A DNA stretch of 64,000 nt from an uncultured Chloroflexia bacterium (lineage in GTDB: Bacteria; Chloroflexota; Limnocylindria; Limnocylindrales; CSP1-4): NCBI GenBank assembly GCA_963707215.1, contig CAVPPB010000001.1, positions 288,001-352,000 of the forward strand, given 5' to 3'. This document shows positions 1-9,463 of this stretch, in pieces. The first letter of the stretch is position 1; each line of letters begins with the position of its first letter. Position numbers and translations under genes: made by a program. The notes below the pieces were generated by a model. The model worked only from the letters and a program-made list of their open reading frames with translations, searched no databases and was not told where the DNA came from.

Positions 1-767
1 AGGTAGATGGCGTTCTCGATGAGCAGCAGCGTGTGGACCGGCTGCGGGTTGCCGGTCGGGCCGGGGTCGGGCGCGGGCTGGACCTCGTAGGTCTCGGTGT
101 CGGTGCCGGTCGCCACGACCCCCCGCTCCAGCAGCCAACGGGCCGCACTGATGTCCGGGCCGGGCGTCTTGTGGGCGGCCATCCGCTCGGCGTCGGGCCA
201 GAGGCCCATGTAGCCCGTCCGGATGACCACGACGTCCCACGGCCGGACCTCCACGCCCTGGGCCGCGCAGATCGCCTCCATCTCGGCGGCGTCGATGGGC
301 GAGCCCTTGGGCAGGCAGTCCACCCCGCGGAAGCCGGGGGCGTCGATGAGCACCCCACGGGTGAAGAATGGCGGCATCGCCGCGGCGTCGAGGAAGCGCG
401 GGCCGAAGTCCGTGAGGTGTTCGTCGGCGTTGCCGCCGCCGTACCAGTGCATGTCGTCGCCCACGGTCATGTGGGCCAGCGCATCGATGTGGGCGCCCGA
501 GTGCGACGTGGCCATGACGTACTCGGCCATGTAGCCAAGGCCGGCATCGTTGACCGGGCCCCACGGCTGGGCCCCGGTGACCCTGATGCCCCTGGGCGTC
601 CGGTAGTTCAGCACCTGGAACGGCGGATGACCCGGGAACAGCGGCATCCCCGGGTAGCGCTGGGCGGCCAGGGAGACCATCCGGCCCTCGCGGACGAGGC
701 CGGCGGCCCGGACCACCTGCTGGGCGGGCAGGCGGCCGATCGGCCCGATGTCGGTGGGGTCGCTCAT
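1..767 (-). CDS. Cyclase family protein (kynurenine formamidase-like metal amidohydrolase), 3' end truncated by the window edge
   Basis: Not in the ORF track because it is open at the edge. Manual translation from ATG 767 gives MSDPTDIGPIGRLPAQQVVRAAGLVREGRMVSL...HSGAHIDALAH, matching the cyclase HxGTHxDxxxH motif. ATGA overlap with the upstream stop. Confidence 0.85.
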   Translation of the reverse strand, partial: MSDPTDIGPIGRLPAQQVVRAAGLVREGRMVSLAAQRYPGMPLFPGHPPFQVLNYRTPRGIRVTGAQPWGPVNDAGLGYMAEYVMATSHSGAHIDALAHMTVGDDMHWYGGGNADEHLTDFGPRFLDAAAMPPFFTRGVLIDAPGFRGVDCLPKGSPIDAAEMEAICAAQGVEVRPWDVVVIRTGYMGLWPDAERMAAHKTPGPDISAARWLLERGVVATGTDTETYEVQPAPDPGPTGNPQPVHTLLLIENAIY

Positions 768-3016
768 GAAGGCACCTCCTGGCGCTCCTGGAGCGCCCGC
801 CAGACGCGCTCGGGCGTCAACGGCAGGTCGCGGATGACGGCGCCGGACGCCTCGCGCACGGCGGCGGCCACCGCCGGGGCGACGCACAGCAGGGCGCCCT
901 CGCTCATGCCCTTCGAGCCGTAGGGACCCGGGCCGTCGGCATTCTCGATGGTGGCGCTCACCATCGCCTGCGGCAGGTCCTTGCTCGTGGGGATCTTGTA
1001 GTCGATCGCGCCGAGGTTCCGGATCCGGCCCTCGTCGTCGAAGATGTAGTGCTCCATGAGGGTGTGGCCCAGGCCCATGATCGCGGCTCCCTCGTCCTGC
1101 ATCCGGACCTGGAGCGGGTTGATCGCCTTGCCGACGTCCGACACGGTGACGTAGCGGACCACGGTCACGTCGCCCGTCGCCTCGTCGACCGTGGTCTCGA
1201 CGGCCGTGCAGTTGAGCTCGAAGAAGGCGGCGCTGCCACCGAGCGGATGGCCCGGCTCGTCGGCCTTGCGCATCTCGCCGTTACCGACGACCTCGCCCCC
1301 GAGCTTGCCGAGCCCGGCCTTGAGCACGTCGACGATCGACAGCTCCCGATCGGGCAGCCGGACGGCGCCCCGGTCGACGACGATCGAGGCCTCGTCGACC
1401 CCGTGGACCCGGCTCGCCATCGCGCCGAGCTTGGCCTGGACCTCGCGACAGGCGGCCAGGACCGCGTTGCCCATGAGCACGGTCGACCGACTGGCCGACG
1501 TCTGCTGGTCGTACGGCACGATCGAGGTGTCGCCCATGACGACGGTGACCCAGTCGAGCGGCGCCCCGAGCTCCTGGGCGGCTATCTGGGCGAAGACCGT
1601 CCGTGCCCCCTGGCCCATGTCCGAGGTGCCGGCGAAGACGATGACGCTGCCGTCGGCGAGAAGCCGGACGGTGGCATAGGACAGGCCGGTCGTCGGGCCG
1701 GACTTGATGCCGAGGGCGATGCCACGGCCGTGGCCGGCGGGCAGCGGCGTGCCCCAGCCGATGAGCTCGGCGGCCTTGCGGAGCGTCTGCGGCCAGTCCC
1801 CGTCGGCCGGGGTGTCGCCGGGGATGAAGGCGTCACCACGCGACGCCACGTTCCGCAGCCGCAGCTCGAGAGGGTCGATGCCCAGCGCCAGGGCGCCCTC
1901 CGTGAGGTTCGATTCCACGGCCCAGTTGACCTGGGGGTTGCCGAAGCCGCGAAAGGCGGTCGAGGGGACGGTGTGGGAGAGGATCGCCCTCGCCAGGATC
2001 CGGGCGTTGGGGATCCGGTAGGGGCCGCAGCCCGGGTAGCTGCCCTTGCCGACCACCCGGTCGGCGATGTCGGCGTAGGCCCCGATGAGGTAGTCGGCCG
2101 CGATGTCCTGGAAGACGATCCGGCCGTCCGCTGCGAAGCCGGTCCGGACACGGATCTCGCTGGCCGCCCGTCGGACGGCCTGGAACGTCTCCTCCAGGGA
2201 CAGGACGAGTCGGACCGGCCGCTGGACCCGCAGGGCCATGAAGGCGAGCAGTGGCTCGTACTTCGGGTGCTGCTTGCCGCCGAAACCACCGCCCGGATCG
2301 GGCGCGTGGATCCGGACCTTCGACAGAGGCATGCCCACTAGATCGGCGACGATCCTCTGGAGCCAGTTGGGGTGCTGGATCGAGCTCCAGACCGCGATGC
2401 CGTCTCCGTCCGGCGCGGCGATGACGGCGTGGGGCTCGATGGCGAAGTGGGTCACCATGGGGAAGCCGTAGTCGTGCTCGACCACGAGGTCGGCCGTGGC
2501 CCCGTCCACGTCACCCCAGCCGTAGCGATGCTCGCGGAGGACGTTCGAGGCCGCCAGGGGATCGCCGGCCCTGAGGTCGGGGGCCTGGACGAGCGGGGCC
2601 TCGGGGTCGAGGGCAGCCGCCACCGTGAAGACCGCCGGCAGGGGCTCGTGCTCGACGTGGACGAGCCGAGCGGCCTCCTCGGCCGCATCCTCGGTCTCGG
2701 CGGCGACCGCGGCGACCGGGTCGCCGTGGTACTTCGTCTCGCCGACCGCGATGACCGGGCGGTCCCGGAACTGTGGCCCGAATCGGGGCACCGGCTGGGG
2801 CAGGTCGGCCGCGGTCATGACCAGCCGGACGCCGGGGACCTGCTCGGCCGCCGACGTGTCGATGGCATCGATCCGGGCTCGCGGCACGTCGACAGTGACG
2901 AGCTTGACGTGGAGGACGTCGGGAAGCTGGAGGTCGGCCACGTAGCGCTGCGCGCCGGTCACCCGATCCCGGCCGCCGACCCGGCGTGGAGAGTCACCGA
3001 TGCCGGAGCCGCTCAT
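764..3016 (-). CDS. Xanthine dehydrogenase/CoxL-family molybdopterin-binding subunit
   Basis: Motifs GGGFGGK, AFRGFG, MGQG, SASRS and GSKGMSEG. Start re-called at ATG 3016 (MSGSGIG), overlapping the stop of the Fe-S gene. Confidence 0.93.
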   Translation of the reverse strand: MSGSGIGDSPRRVGGRDRVTGAQRYVADLQLPDVLHVKLVTVDVPRARIDAIDTSAAEQVPGVRLVMTAADLPQPVPRFGPQFRDRPVIAVGETKYHGDPVAAVAAETEDAAEEAARLVHVEHEPLPAVFTVAAALDPEAPLVQAPDLRAGDPLAASNVLREHRYGWGDVDGATADLVVEHDYGFPMVTHFAIEPHAVIAAPDGDGIAVWSSIQHPNWLQRIVADLVGMPLSKVRIHAPDPGGGFGGKQHPKYEPLLAFMALRVQRPVRLVLSLEETFQAVRRAASEIRVRTGFAADGRIVFQDIAADYLIGAYADIADRVVGKGSYPGCGPYRIPNARILARAILSHTVPSTAFRGFGNPQVNWAVESNLTEGALALGIDPLELRLRNVASRGDAFIPGDTPADGDWPQTLRKAAELIGWGTPLPAGHGRGIALGIKSGPTTGLSYATVRLLADGSVIVFAGTSDMGQGARTVFAQIAAQELGAPLDWVTVVMGDTSIVPYDQQTSASRSTVLMGNAVLAACREVQAKLGAMASRVHGVDEASIVVDRGAVRLPDRELSIVDVLKAGLGKLGGEVVGNGEMRKADEPGHPLGGSAAFFELNCTAVETTVDEATGDVTVVRYVTVSDVGKAINPLQVRMQDEGAAIMGLGHTLMEHYIFDDEGRIRNLGAIDYKIPTSKDLPQAMVSATIENADGPGPYGSKGMSEGALLCVAPAVAAAVREASGAVIRDLPLTPERVWRALQERQEVPS

Positions 3017-3492
3017 CCGCCACCCTCCACTGCAGCCTGGTGGATCGCCTCGGCGATCTGCTCGTAGCAGCCGCAGCGGCAGAGATTGCCGGCCAGGCCC
3101 TCTTCGATGTCGGCGGCGGTCGGCTGCTCCACTCTTCGGAGCAGGTCGTCCGCGGCCATCACCTGGCCGGGGATGCAGAAGCCACACTGGACGCCGCCCC
3201 GGTCGAGGAAGGCGCGCTGGATCGGCGTCAGGTGGCCGCCCCGCGCCAGGCCCTCGATGGTCACGACCTCGCCGCCATCCGCCTCGGCCGCCAGCACGAG
3301 GCACGAGTCGACGATCCGGCCGTCGAGGCGGACCGTACAGGCCCCGCACTCCCCCACCAGGCAGCATTCCTTGGTGCCGGTCAGCTCGAGGTCGTCGCGC
3401 AGGACCTCGAGCAGGGTGTGGTGGGCCGCAACCTCGAACGACCGGAGTCGACCATTGACGGTCACCTCGATCGCGATCCTTCGAGCCGTCAT
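3013..3492 (-). CDS. (2Fe-2S)-binding small subunit of the Mo-hydroxylase (CoxS/CutS-like)
   Basis: GTKECCLVGECGACTV, QCGFCIPG and GNLCRC motifs. Confidence 0.95.
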   Translation of the reverse strand: MTARRIAIEVTVNGRLRSFEVAAHHTLLEVLRDDLELTGTKECCLVGECGACTVRLDGRIVDSCLVLAAEADGGEVVTIEGLARGGHLTPIQRAFLDRGGVQCGFCIPGQVMAADDLLRRVEQPTAADIEEGLAGNLCRCGCYEQIAEAIHQAAVEGGG

Positions 3493-4355
3493 GCCGGTAC
3501 CTCCCGCAAGCGCGAGATCGCGGTCGCCAGCGCCCTGGGGCCGAGGACCCGGAGCATCGCCAGGCGGTACTCGGGGCTGGCCCGCATCGACCGAGGCGAC
3601 GGACTGGCGCCGCCGAACATCCGCTCGAGCACCGCGTCCCGGGCCTCCGGGGGCGTCGCGGGATCGGCGAGGACACCGGTCTCGTCGACCACGAGCACCG
3701 GCCGAGGGCCGACGCTTCCGAAGGCGAGACGCGTCACACCGGCCTCGTCCACGGCACAGGCCAGGGTCACCGCGGCGAGATCATGCCCCCGACGTCGGGT
3801 CCGCCGCACGTGGACCGATCCAGACCGCCACCTGGGGATCGGCAGCTCGATCGCCGTCACCAGCTCGCCGCTCGCCAGCGTCGTCACTCGGGAGCGGACG
3901 AAGAACGCATCGACGGGGATCCGCCTCGCCCCCGACGGCCCATGGGCCACGACCACCGCATCGAAGACGAGCAGCGACGGCGCGGTGTCCGCGGCCGGCG
4001 ACGCGTTGCAGATGTTGCCGGCCAGCGTGGCCCGGTTTCGGATCTGGATGGAGCCGACGACCTCGGCCGCCTCGGCGAGCGATCGGAAGTGGCGACCGAC
4101 ACGCTCGTCCGCGGCGATCTCGGTCATCACGGTGCCGGCGCTGATCACCAACCGTCCTTCCAATTCGCGGATGGATGGAGCCAGCTCGGGGATCCGCTTG
4201 ACGTCCACGACGACGGCCGGCTGGACGGTCCCGTCCCGGAGGCCGATCAGGAGGTCGGTCCCGCCGGCCAGGACCCGGGCGTCCGGACCCCGCTCGGCCA
4301 GGATGGCGACGGCCTCGGCGAGCGTAGCCGGTCGTTCGTACTCGAACGCGCGCAT
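3489..4355 (-). CDS. FAD-binding medium subunit of the Mo-hydroxylase (CoxM/CutM-like)
   Basis: Start MRAFEYERPATL at 4355 with a GGAG RBS. Motifs LAGGTDL, QIRNRATLAGN and ASPAAD. Confidence 0.93.
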   Translation of the reverse strand: MRAFEYERPATLAEAVAILAERGPDARVLAGGTDLLIGLRDGTVQPAVVVDVKRIPELAPSIRELEGRLVISAGTVMTEIAADERVGRHFRSLAEAAEVVGSIQIRNRATLAGNICNASPAADTAPSLLVFDAVVVAHGPSGARRIPVDAFFVRSRVTTLASGELVTAIELPIPRWRSGSVHVRRTRRRGHDLAAVTLACAVDEAGVTRLAFGSVGPRPVLVVDETGVLADPATPPEARDAVLERMFGGASPSPRSMRASPEYRLAMLRVLGPRALATAISRLREVPA

Positions 4356-4369
4356 CGAGCGCTCTCCTG

Positions 4370-5257
4370 TCAGAGGACGCGATCGACCTCGTCCATCAGC
4401 ACCTGTGGCGTGGCGGCGCGGACGAAGTAGTACGGGCGCTCGGCGAACCGCTCGACATACCCGGCCCGGGCACGTCGGAGCGCCTCCGAGTCGACGATCG
4501 GCATCGGCAATCCGGGCGCCAGCAGCTCGTTGAGCAGGAAGTAGTTCTGGAGCGAGTGGAGGGTCTGGAACTGGCGCTCGAAGGGGATCATCTCGGCCAT
4601 GCTCGGATCGAAGTTGCCGTCGATCGCGGGGACCACGACGACGTCGACGTTGGACGGCTCGTCGTACTGGTCCCACGTCGGCATGTCACCGAAGAACTTC
4701 TGGACACCGCGCTCCGGGGCGGCCTTGTCGGCGCGTTCGGTACCCTCGGTCCGCTTCTTGAGGAAGACCGACTTGGAGCCCATGACGGCGACCCCGGCCT
4801 CATCGATGACCGTCGTCTCGGTCGACACCAGGAGACCGCCGCGGCGGCAGGCCTCGATCTGGCCCATCGACTTGCCGTGGTTCGACTCGCCGCCAAGGAA
4901 GAGGATCGTCCGGTCCCGGTAGCGGACGGCCGAGGCGTGGAACGGGTGGAGACCGACCGCCTCCATCCGGAGGGCCAGCATCGCCACGACCACCTTCTGG
5001 ATGGGGCCGGCCGGCCAGGGCCCGCTGAAGCGCATGGTCCGGCCGTCGTACCCGATGGTCTTCTCGCCGTCCTGGTCCCAGACGATATCCGCCTCGGGGA
5101 GGGTGATCCCGGGCTCGATCCGGACGTCGGCCAGGCGGTAGTTCAGGAAGTTCATGTCCTCGAGGACATGCTCCCGTGGCTCGCCCCCGAACACGTCCAC
5201 GCGCAGGTGAGCGGCCCCGGCCGAGTACTCCTCCGTCAGTCGAAGTGGTCCAGTCAT
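4370..5257 (-). CDS. Hypothetical HPr-kinase/PEPCK-like P-loop protein
   Basis: FHASAV...ILFLGGESNHGKS resembles the HprK-type His plus Walker A arrangement. The usual DD after the following strand reads TE (LLVSTE). GGAG RBS. Confidence 0.6.
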   Translation of the reverse strand: MTGPLRLTEEYSAGAAHLRVDVFGGEPREHVLEDMNFLNYRLADVRIEPGITLPEADIVWDQDGEKTIGYDGRTMRFSGPWPAGPIQKVVVAMLALRMEAVGLHPFHASAVRYRDRTILFLGGESNHGKSMGQIEACRRGGLLVSTETTVIDEAGVAVMGSKSVFLKKRTEGTERADKAAPERGVQKFFGDMPTWDQYDEPSNVDVVVVPAIDGNFDPSMAEMIPFERQFQTLHSLQNYFLLNELLAPGLPMPIVDSEALRRARAGYVERFAERPYYFVRAATPQVLMDEVDRVL

Positions 5258-5307
5258 GGTCTCCTTCCAGGGCGCCCTCGGCGCCGGGTACGTGGTCGGG
5301 CGCCGGC

Positions 5308-6045
5308 TCAGCCGGCGGGTGGCGAGGCCCCCGCGCTCAGGGTGCCGTCGGAGTCGCGGACCGGCCCCGGGCCATCGTGCTGGTCACGAGGGTCAGGCCA
5401 GAGCCGGCCCAGCATCGTCCCGGCCTCCAGGAAGTGCCGTCGCAGCGCGGTGGCCGCCTCCTCCGGGTCACGGCGTCGGAGCGCGTCGAGCACGGGCGGA
5501 TGCAGGGCCGCGATGCGGTTCCGGTCGGCGCCCGGCACGATGAGGGTGATGTAGGTACGGGAGAACGGCTCGAGGGTGCGCCAGACGCGCTCGAGCGTTC
5601 CATTCGTGGCGAGCTCCATGACCCGTCCGTGGAAATCAGCGTCGGCCATGGCCTCGGCGTGGGCATCGCCCTCGCGGGCGGCCTGCTCCATGGCCTCGAT
5701 GTAGCCCTGGAGCTCGTCGAGGTCGGATTCCGTGAGGTGGTCGAGGGCCAGTCGTGCTCCGAGCGCTTCGAGCTCAGCGCGGACGCCGTAGGCCTCGAGG
5801 AGCTCGTCCCGGGTGGGTCGTCGGACCCTGGCGCCCCGGAACGGGGCGATCTCGATCACCCCGAGGGCCTCGAGGTCGCGCAGCGCCTCCCGGACCGGTG
5901 CCTGACTGGTTCCGAAGGCCCGGGCGACCCGGGTCTCGATGATCCGAGACCCGGGCGGGTACTCCCCGGTGACGATCGCCTCGAGGAGGCGATCCTTCAC
6001 CTGGTCGCTGAGGACGCTCCGCGAGATCGCGGCCGGGCGGGTCAT
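5308..6045 (-). CDS. GntR family (FCD/FadR-type) transcriptional regulator
   Basis: wHTH with SQAPVREALRDLE; FCD domain with DFHG and later His residues. Confidence 0.93.
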   Translation of the reverse strand: MTRPAAISRSVLSDQVKDRLLEAIVTGEYPPGSRIIETRVARAFGTSQAPVREALRDLEALGVIEIAPFRGARVRRPTRDELLEAYGVRAELEALGARLALDHLTESDLDELQGYIEAMEQAAREGDAHAEAMADADFHGRVMELATNGTLERVWRTLEPFSRTYITLIVPGADRNRIAALHPPVLDALRRRDPEEAATALRRHFLEAGTMLGRLWPDPRDQHDGPGPVRDSDGTLSAGASPPAG

Positions 6046-6055
6046 GGTGGAGGCG

Positions 6056-7822
6056 TCAGTCCTTCATGCCGACGGCAGCCGTCGACTCGAGGATCTCGAC
6101 GACGCCCGTGTTGCCATCGACGCGGAGCTTGTCGCCGGTCTTGATCCGGAAGGTGCCGGCCGAGGTGCCGACGACCGCCGGGATGCCGTACTCGCGAGCC
6201 AGGACGGCCGGGTGGGACACGGTCCCGCCGGCGTCGGTGACGACCGCGATGATCTTGCCGTAGAGCACCTGCCAGGCCGGATTCGTCATCTGGCAGACGA
6301 GGATCTCGCCGACCTTGAGGCTGTCGAACTCGTCCACCGAGCCGACGACGCGGGCAGTGCCCTCGACGACGCCCGGCGAGCCTGCGATGCCCTTGACCTT
6401 GCCGACCTCCTCCTCGGTCGAGCGATAGAACTTGTCCGGGAAGCCCCACAGGTTCAGGTAGGGGAACGCAAGCTGGGTCTTGGTGACGGTTCCGACCCAG
6501 TCCTTGGGCACGACCTTGTTGGCCCCCAACCACTTCTCGCGAGCGGCCTTGACGATGGCGCGGCCGTCCATGCTGCTCGGGTCGCCGATGAACTCGCGGA
6601 GCGAGTTGTAGCGGAAGAAGATGACGTCGTCCGGCCGATCGAGGACGCCCTGCGCCACGAGCTTCTCGCCGATGGCGATGAGCACGAGGCGGACGTGGGC
6701 ATTGGCACCCTGGTCGATGTAGAAGTGATGGTCCGGGGTGAGCGGGGCCATCTTGAGGTTGATCTCGTTGGCGGCGCGCATCTCCTCGAGCGCCTCGCCA
6801 TCGAGCCCTTCGAGGATCTCCCTGGCGGCCGCGTCGATGTCGGCCTTGAGGGCCGCGACCTTGCTCGGGTAGTCGTAGTCGGAGCTGTACTGGTCGCGGA
6901 CGAGCTGGATGACCGGCGTCATGTCCTCGCGGAAGGACGGGAAGACGAACTCGTGGCTCCAGACGGCGTGCCAGCCGAACTCCTTCTGGTACGGGATGAC
7001 CCGCTCGTCGATGAAGCGGCGACCGCGCTCGCTGGACTGGAGGACCGGGATGATGTCCGCAGCGGTCAGGCCCTGGAACGCCTGCGACAGCTCGGCGTCA
7101 CCCTTGACCTCTTCCTTCATGTCCCAGAGGGCACGGATCTTGTCCCAGTTGCGGTCATTGGCCGAGTTCTGGAGCCGGCCGAGCAGGACCTCGTCGATCT
7201 TGCCGTGGGTCTTCTCCATGACCGCGCGGAGGTTGAGCGTCGCGCTGAGCTGCGCGAAGTTCAGCATCCAGTGGATCTTCCAGTGGCGGTCGTGCATGTC
7301 GATGGCGTCCTCGAGGAGGACCGCCAGGTCGGCCAGGGAGAGCTCCTCCTTCCGGTCGAGCATGCCCTCGATGTAGTCGAAGTTCCGCTGCATCTCGGGG
7401 ACGAACCGGGTGCGCCACCAGAACTCGAAGTTGCTGCCGTAGACCGGCAGGACCGCGCCGAGGTAGGCGCCGATCTTCCCGGCGTACTCCTCGTCCTCCG
7501 GCACGATCGGGTTCGTGCGGTAGTGGTACTCCTGCGTCTCGACGACGAGACCCTTCTCCGCCGGGATGGCGGCCGTGTACAGGTAGCCGTTGATGTTCTT
7601 GTAGATCCAGTCCGTCGCGAACGGCGTGCCGAAGCGACGGAACATGTGATCGCACGAGAGCCACCAGCCGCCGATGTCCTCGTACATCGGGCTGAGCGGC
7701 TTGGGGCAGTGCAGGTCGTCGTAGACCCAGAAGAGCGCCTTCTCGGTCTCCGACGTCCAGTCGATCGGGAAGTCGTCGTCCCCGAGGAACTGGCCGAGGA
7801 TCTCCTCACCGACGAGTGGCAC
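6056..7822 (-). CDS. PEP-utilising enzyme with C-terminal phospho-His swivel domain (rifampin phosphotransferase / phenylphosphate synthase alpha-like), no ATP-grasp domain
   Basis: C-terminal GIAGSPGVVEG...TNPAW...TDAGGTVSHPAVLAREYGIPAVVG...VDG. GTG start at 7822 after GAGGAG. Confidence 0.88.
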   Translation of the reverse strand: MPLVGEEILGQFLGDDDFPIDWTSETEKALFWVYDDLHCPKPLSPMYEDIGGWWLSCDHMFRRFGTPFATDWIYKNINGYLYTAAIPAEKGLVVETQEYHYRTNPIVPEDEEYAGKIGAYLGAVLPVYGSNFEFWWRTRFVPEMQRNFDYIEGMLDRKEELSLADLAVLLEDAIDMHDRHWKIHWMLNFAQLSATLNLRAVMEKTHGKIDEVLLGRLQNSANDRNWDKIRALWDMKEEVKGDAELSQAFQGLTAADIIPVLQSSERGRRFIDERVIPYQKEFGWHAVWSHEFVFPSFREDMTPVIQLVRDQYSSDYDYPSKVAALKADIDAAAREILEGLDGEALEEMRAANEINLKMAPLTPDHHFYIDQGANAHVRLVLIAIGEKLVAQGVLDRPDDVIFFRYNSLREFIGDPSSMDGRAIVKAAREKWLGANKVVPKDWVGTVTKTQLAFPYLNLWGFPDKFYRSTEEEVGKVKGIAGSPGVVEGTARVVGSVDEFDSLKVGEILVCQMTNPAWQVLYGKIIAVVTDAGGTVSHPAVLAREYGIPAVVGTSAGTFRIKTGDKLRVDGNTGVVEILESTAAVGMKD

Positions 7823-8064
7823 TGTGCTCTCCTCCTCTAGCTGGTGCGATCGCCACGATCGGCGACGCGATCCGGGAAGGGCCGCCGGCGACGCGGTCGC
7901 CGGTCCGATGGATGACGGTCGGCCCCGACGAGCCGGCCCGGCGGGCGCGGTGGGACAGGCCACCGACACGACGTTGCCCGGCCGCGTGCCGGGCAACGGG
8001 GCTGCTCGGGCCTACCAACCGGGTCCCTCCGCGAACGGGATCGGGGGCGATCCGCCGTCGACGT

Positions 8065-8075
8065 TCGATAATCGA
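8065..8075. promoter_or_regulatory. Putative GntR operator TCGATAATCGA (copy 1), upstream of the PEP-utiliser operon
   Basis: Palindrome TCGAT-A-ATCGA, followed by TTGTCC as in copy 3. Confidence 0.75.
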
Positions 8076-8260
8076 TTGTCCGAGGTCGCCACGCGGCCGT
8101 GTCGGGTCGACCGGTCCCTTGCCAAGGTGCCCTTCGTCACTTCGGCGGCGGAGGTGCCATGCCGCGTGATCCGCGGGGGTCGCGGGCCAGGCGAGCCGCC
8201 TGCCGGTCGGACGGGCGACGGCGCGACGGATGTCACCCAACTCGCTCACCTCCAGACCGC

Positions 8261-8290
8261 TTGCCTCCGAGTCGTCGATAATCGATTATA
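8261..8290 (+). promoter_or_regulatory. Putative promoter with operator TCGATAATCGA (copy 2, 8275-8285), upstream of the transaldolase-family gene
   Basis: TTGCCT (8261)-N17-GATTAT, overlapped by the palindrome. Confidence 0.7.
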
Positions 8291-8328
8291 TGACCCGCGA
8301 CCGCATCCCGGAACGCTGAGGTACCGAC

Positions 8329-9423
8329 ATGACGATGACGCGGGTCGAAAGCCCGCTCCTGCGGATGACGCAGGAGACGCCGACCCAGTACTGGAACGAC
8401 TCATGCGCGGTCGCCGAGCTCGAGTACGCCGTCGAACGGGGGGCCACCGGCGCGACCTCGAACCCGAGCATCGTGCTCGAGGTGCTCAAGAAGGAGAAGG
8501 CGCACTGGGTCCCGCGGGTCCACGAGCTGGCCGCGCTGAACCCCACCTGGAGCGAGGTGGAGCTGACCTGGGCGATCATCGAGGAGATGGCGGCACGGGG
8601 GGCCGGCATCCTCTACCCCGTCTTCGAGCGCAACGGCGGACGGAACGGCCGGCTCTCGGTCCAGATCAACCCGGCCAACCACCGCGACCCCGTGCGGATG
8701 GTCGAGCAGGCTGTGCGCTTCGACGGCCTGGCCCCGAACATCCAGGTCAAGTTCCCGGCGACGGCCGCCGGCATCGAGGGAATCGAGGAAGCGACCTTCC
8801 GCGGAGTCAACATCAATTCGACGGTCAGCTTCACCGTCGCCCAGGCGGTCACGTCGGCGGAGGCCGTGGAGCGCGGCCTGGCCCGCCGCGAGGCGGCCGG
8901 CCTCGACGTCTCGGCGATGAGCCCGATCTGCACGATGATGATCGGCCGGCTCGACGACTGGATGAAGGTGCTGGTGGAGCGCGACGACGTCGCCCTCCAC
9001 CCCGATGCGGCCAGCTGGGCCGGCATCGCCGCCTTCAAGCGGGCCTACGCGATCTTCCAGGAGCGCGGCTATCGCTCGCGGCTGCTGGCCGCGGCCTACC
9101 GCCATCGGCTCCATTGGACCGAGCTGGTCGGCGGGGACGTCAGCATGACGATGCCGTACCCCTGGCAGGTCCGCTTCAACGCCAGTGGCATCGTCCCGGA
9201 GCCGCGGATGGACGTGCCGGTCGACCCGGCCCTCATCGACGAGCTGCTCGCGCGGATCCCCGACTTCCGCCGAGCCTACGAGCCGGACGGCCTGGCGCCG
9301 GCGGAGTTCGAGTCGTTCGGGGCCAGCGCCCGGACGCTCCGGACCTTCGTCGCGTCGTACCACGACCTGCAGGCCGCCATCCGCGACCTCGTCCTGCCGA
9401 ATCCCGACACTCGGGTAGGCTGA
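8329..9423 (+). CDS. Transaldolase-family class I aldolase (atypical active site)
   Basis: WNDS, ATSNP, Schiff-base Lys in IQVKFPAT, NSTVSF, IGRL and AAYRH. Confidence 0.88.
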   Translation: MTMTRVESPLLRMTQETPTQYWNDSCAVAELEYAVERGATGATSNPSIVLEVLKKEKAHWVPRVHELAALNPTWSEVELTWAIIEEMAARGAGILYPVFERNGGRNGRLSVQINPANHRDPVRMVEQAVRFDGLAPNIQVKFPATAAGIEGIEEATFRGVNINSTVSFTVAQAVTSAEAVERGLARREAAGLDVSAMSPICTMMIGRLDDWMKVLVERDDVALHPDAASWAGIAAFKRAYAIFQERGYRSRLLAAAYRHRLHWTELVGGDVSMTMPYPWQVRFNASGIVPEPRMDVPVDPALIDELLARIPDFRRAYEPDGLAPAEFESFGASARTLRTFVASYHDLQAAIRDLVLPNPDTRVG

Positions 9424-9463
9424 CGGACGACACCGAGCGCCACAGCCCGAGGAGGCATCACCC

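Noticed and set aside
764-4355. Aerobic CO dehydrogenase (coxMSL order)
   Set aside because: The large subunit lacks the AYxCSFR loop and has AFRGFG, so it is a generic Mo-hydroxylase.
7830-8060. Hairpins in the long leader of the PEP-utiliser operon as a riboswitch
   Set aside because: Stems are present (for example 7972-7998) but there are no recognisable conserved aptamer nucleotides; such stems are expected at this GC content.
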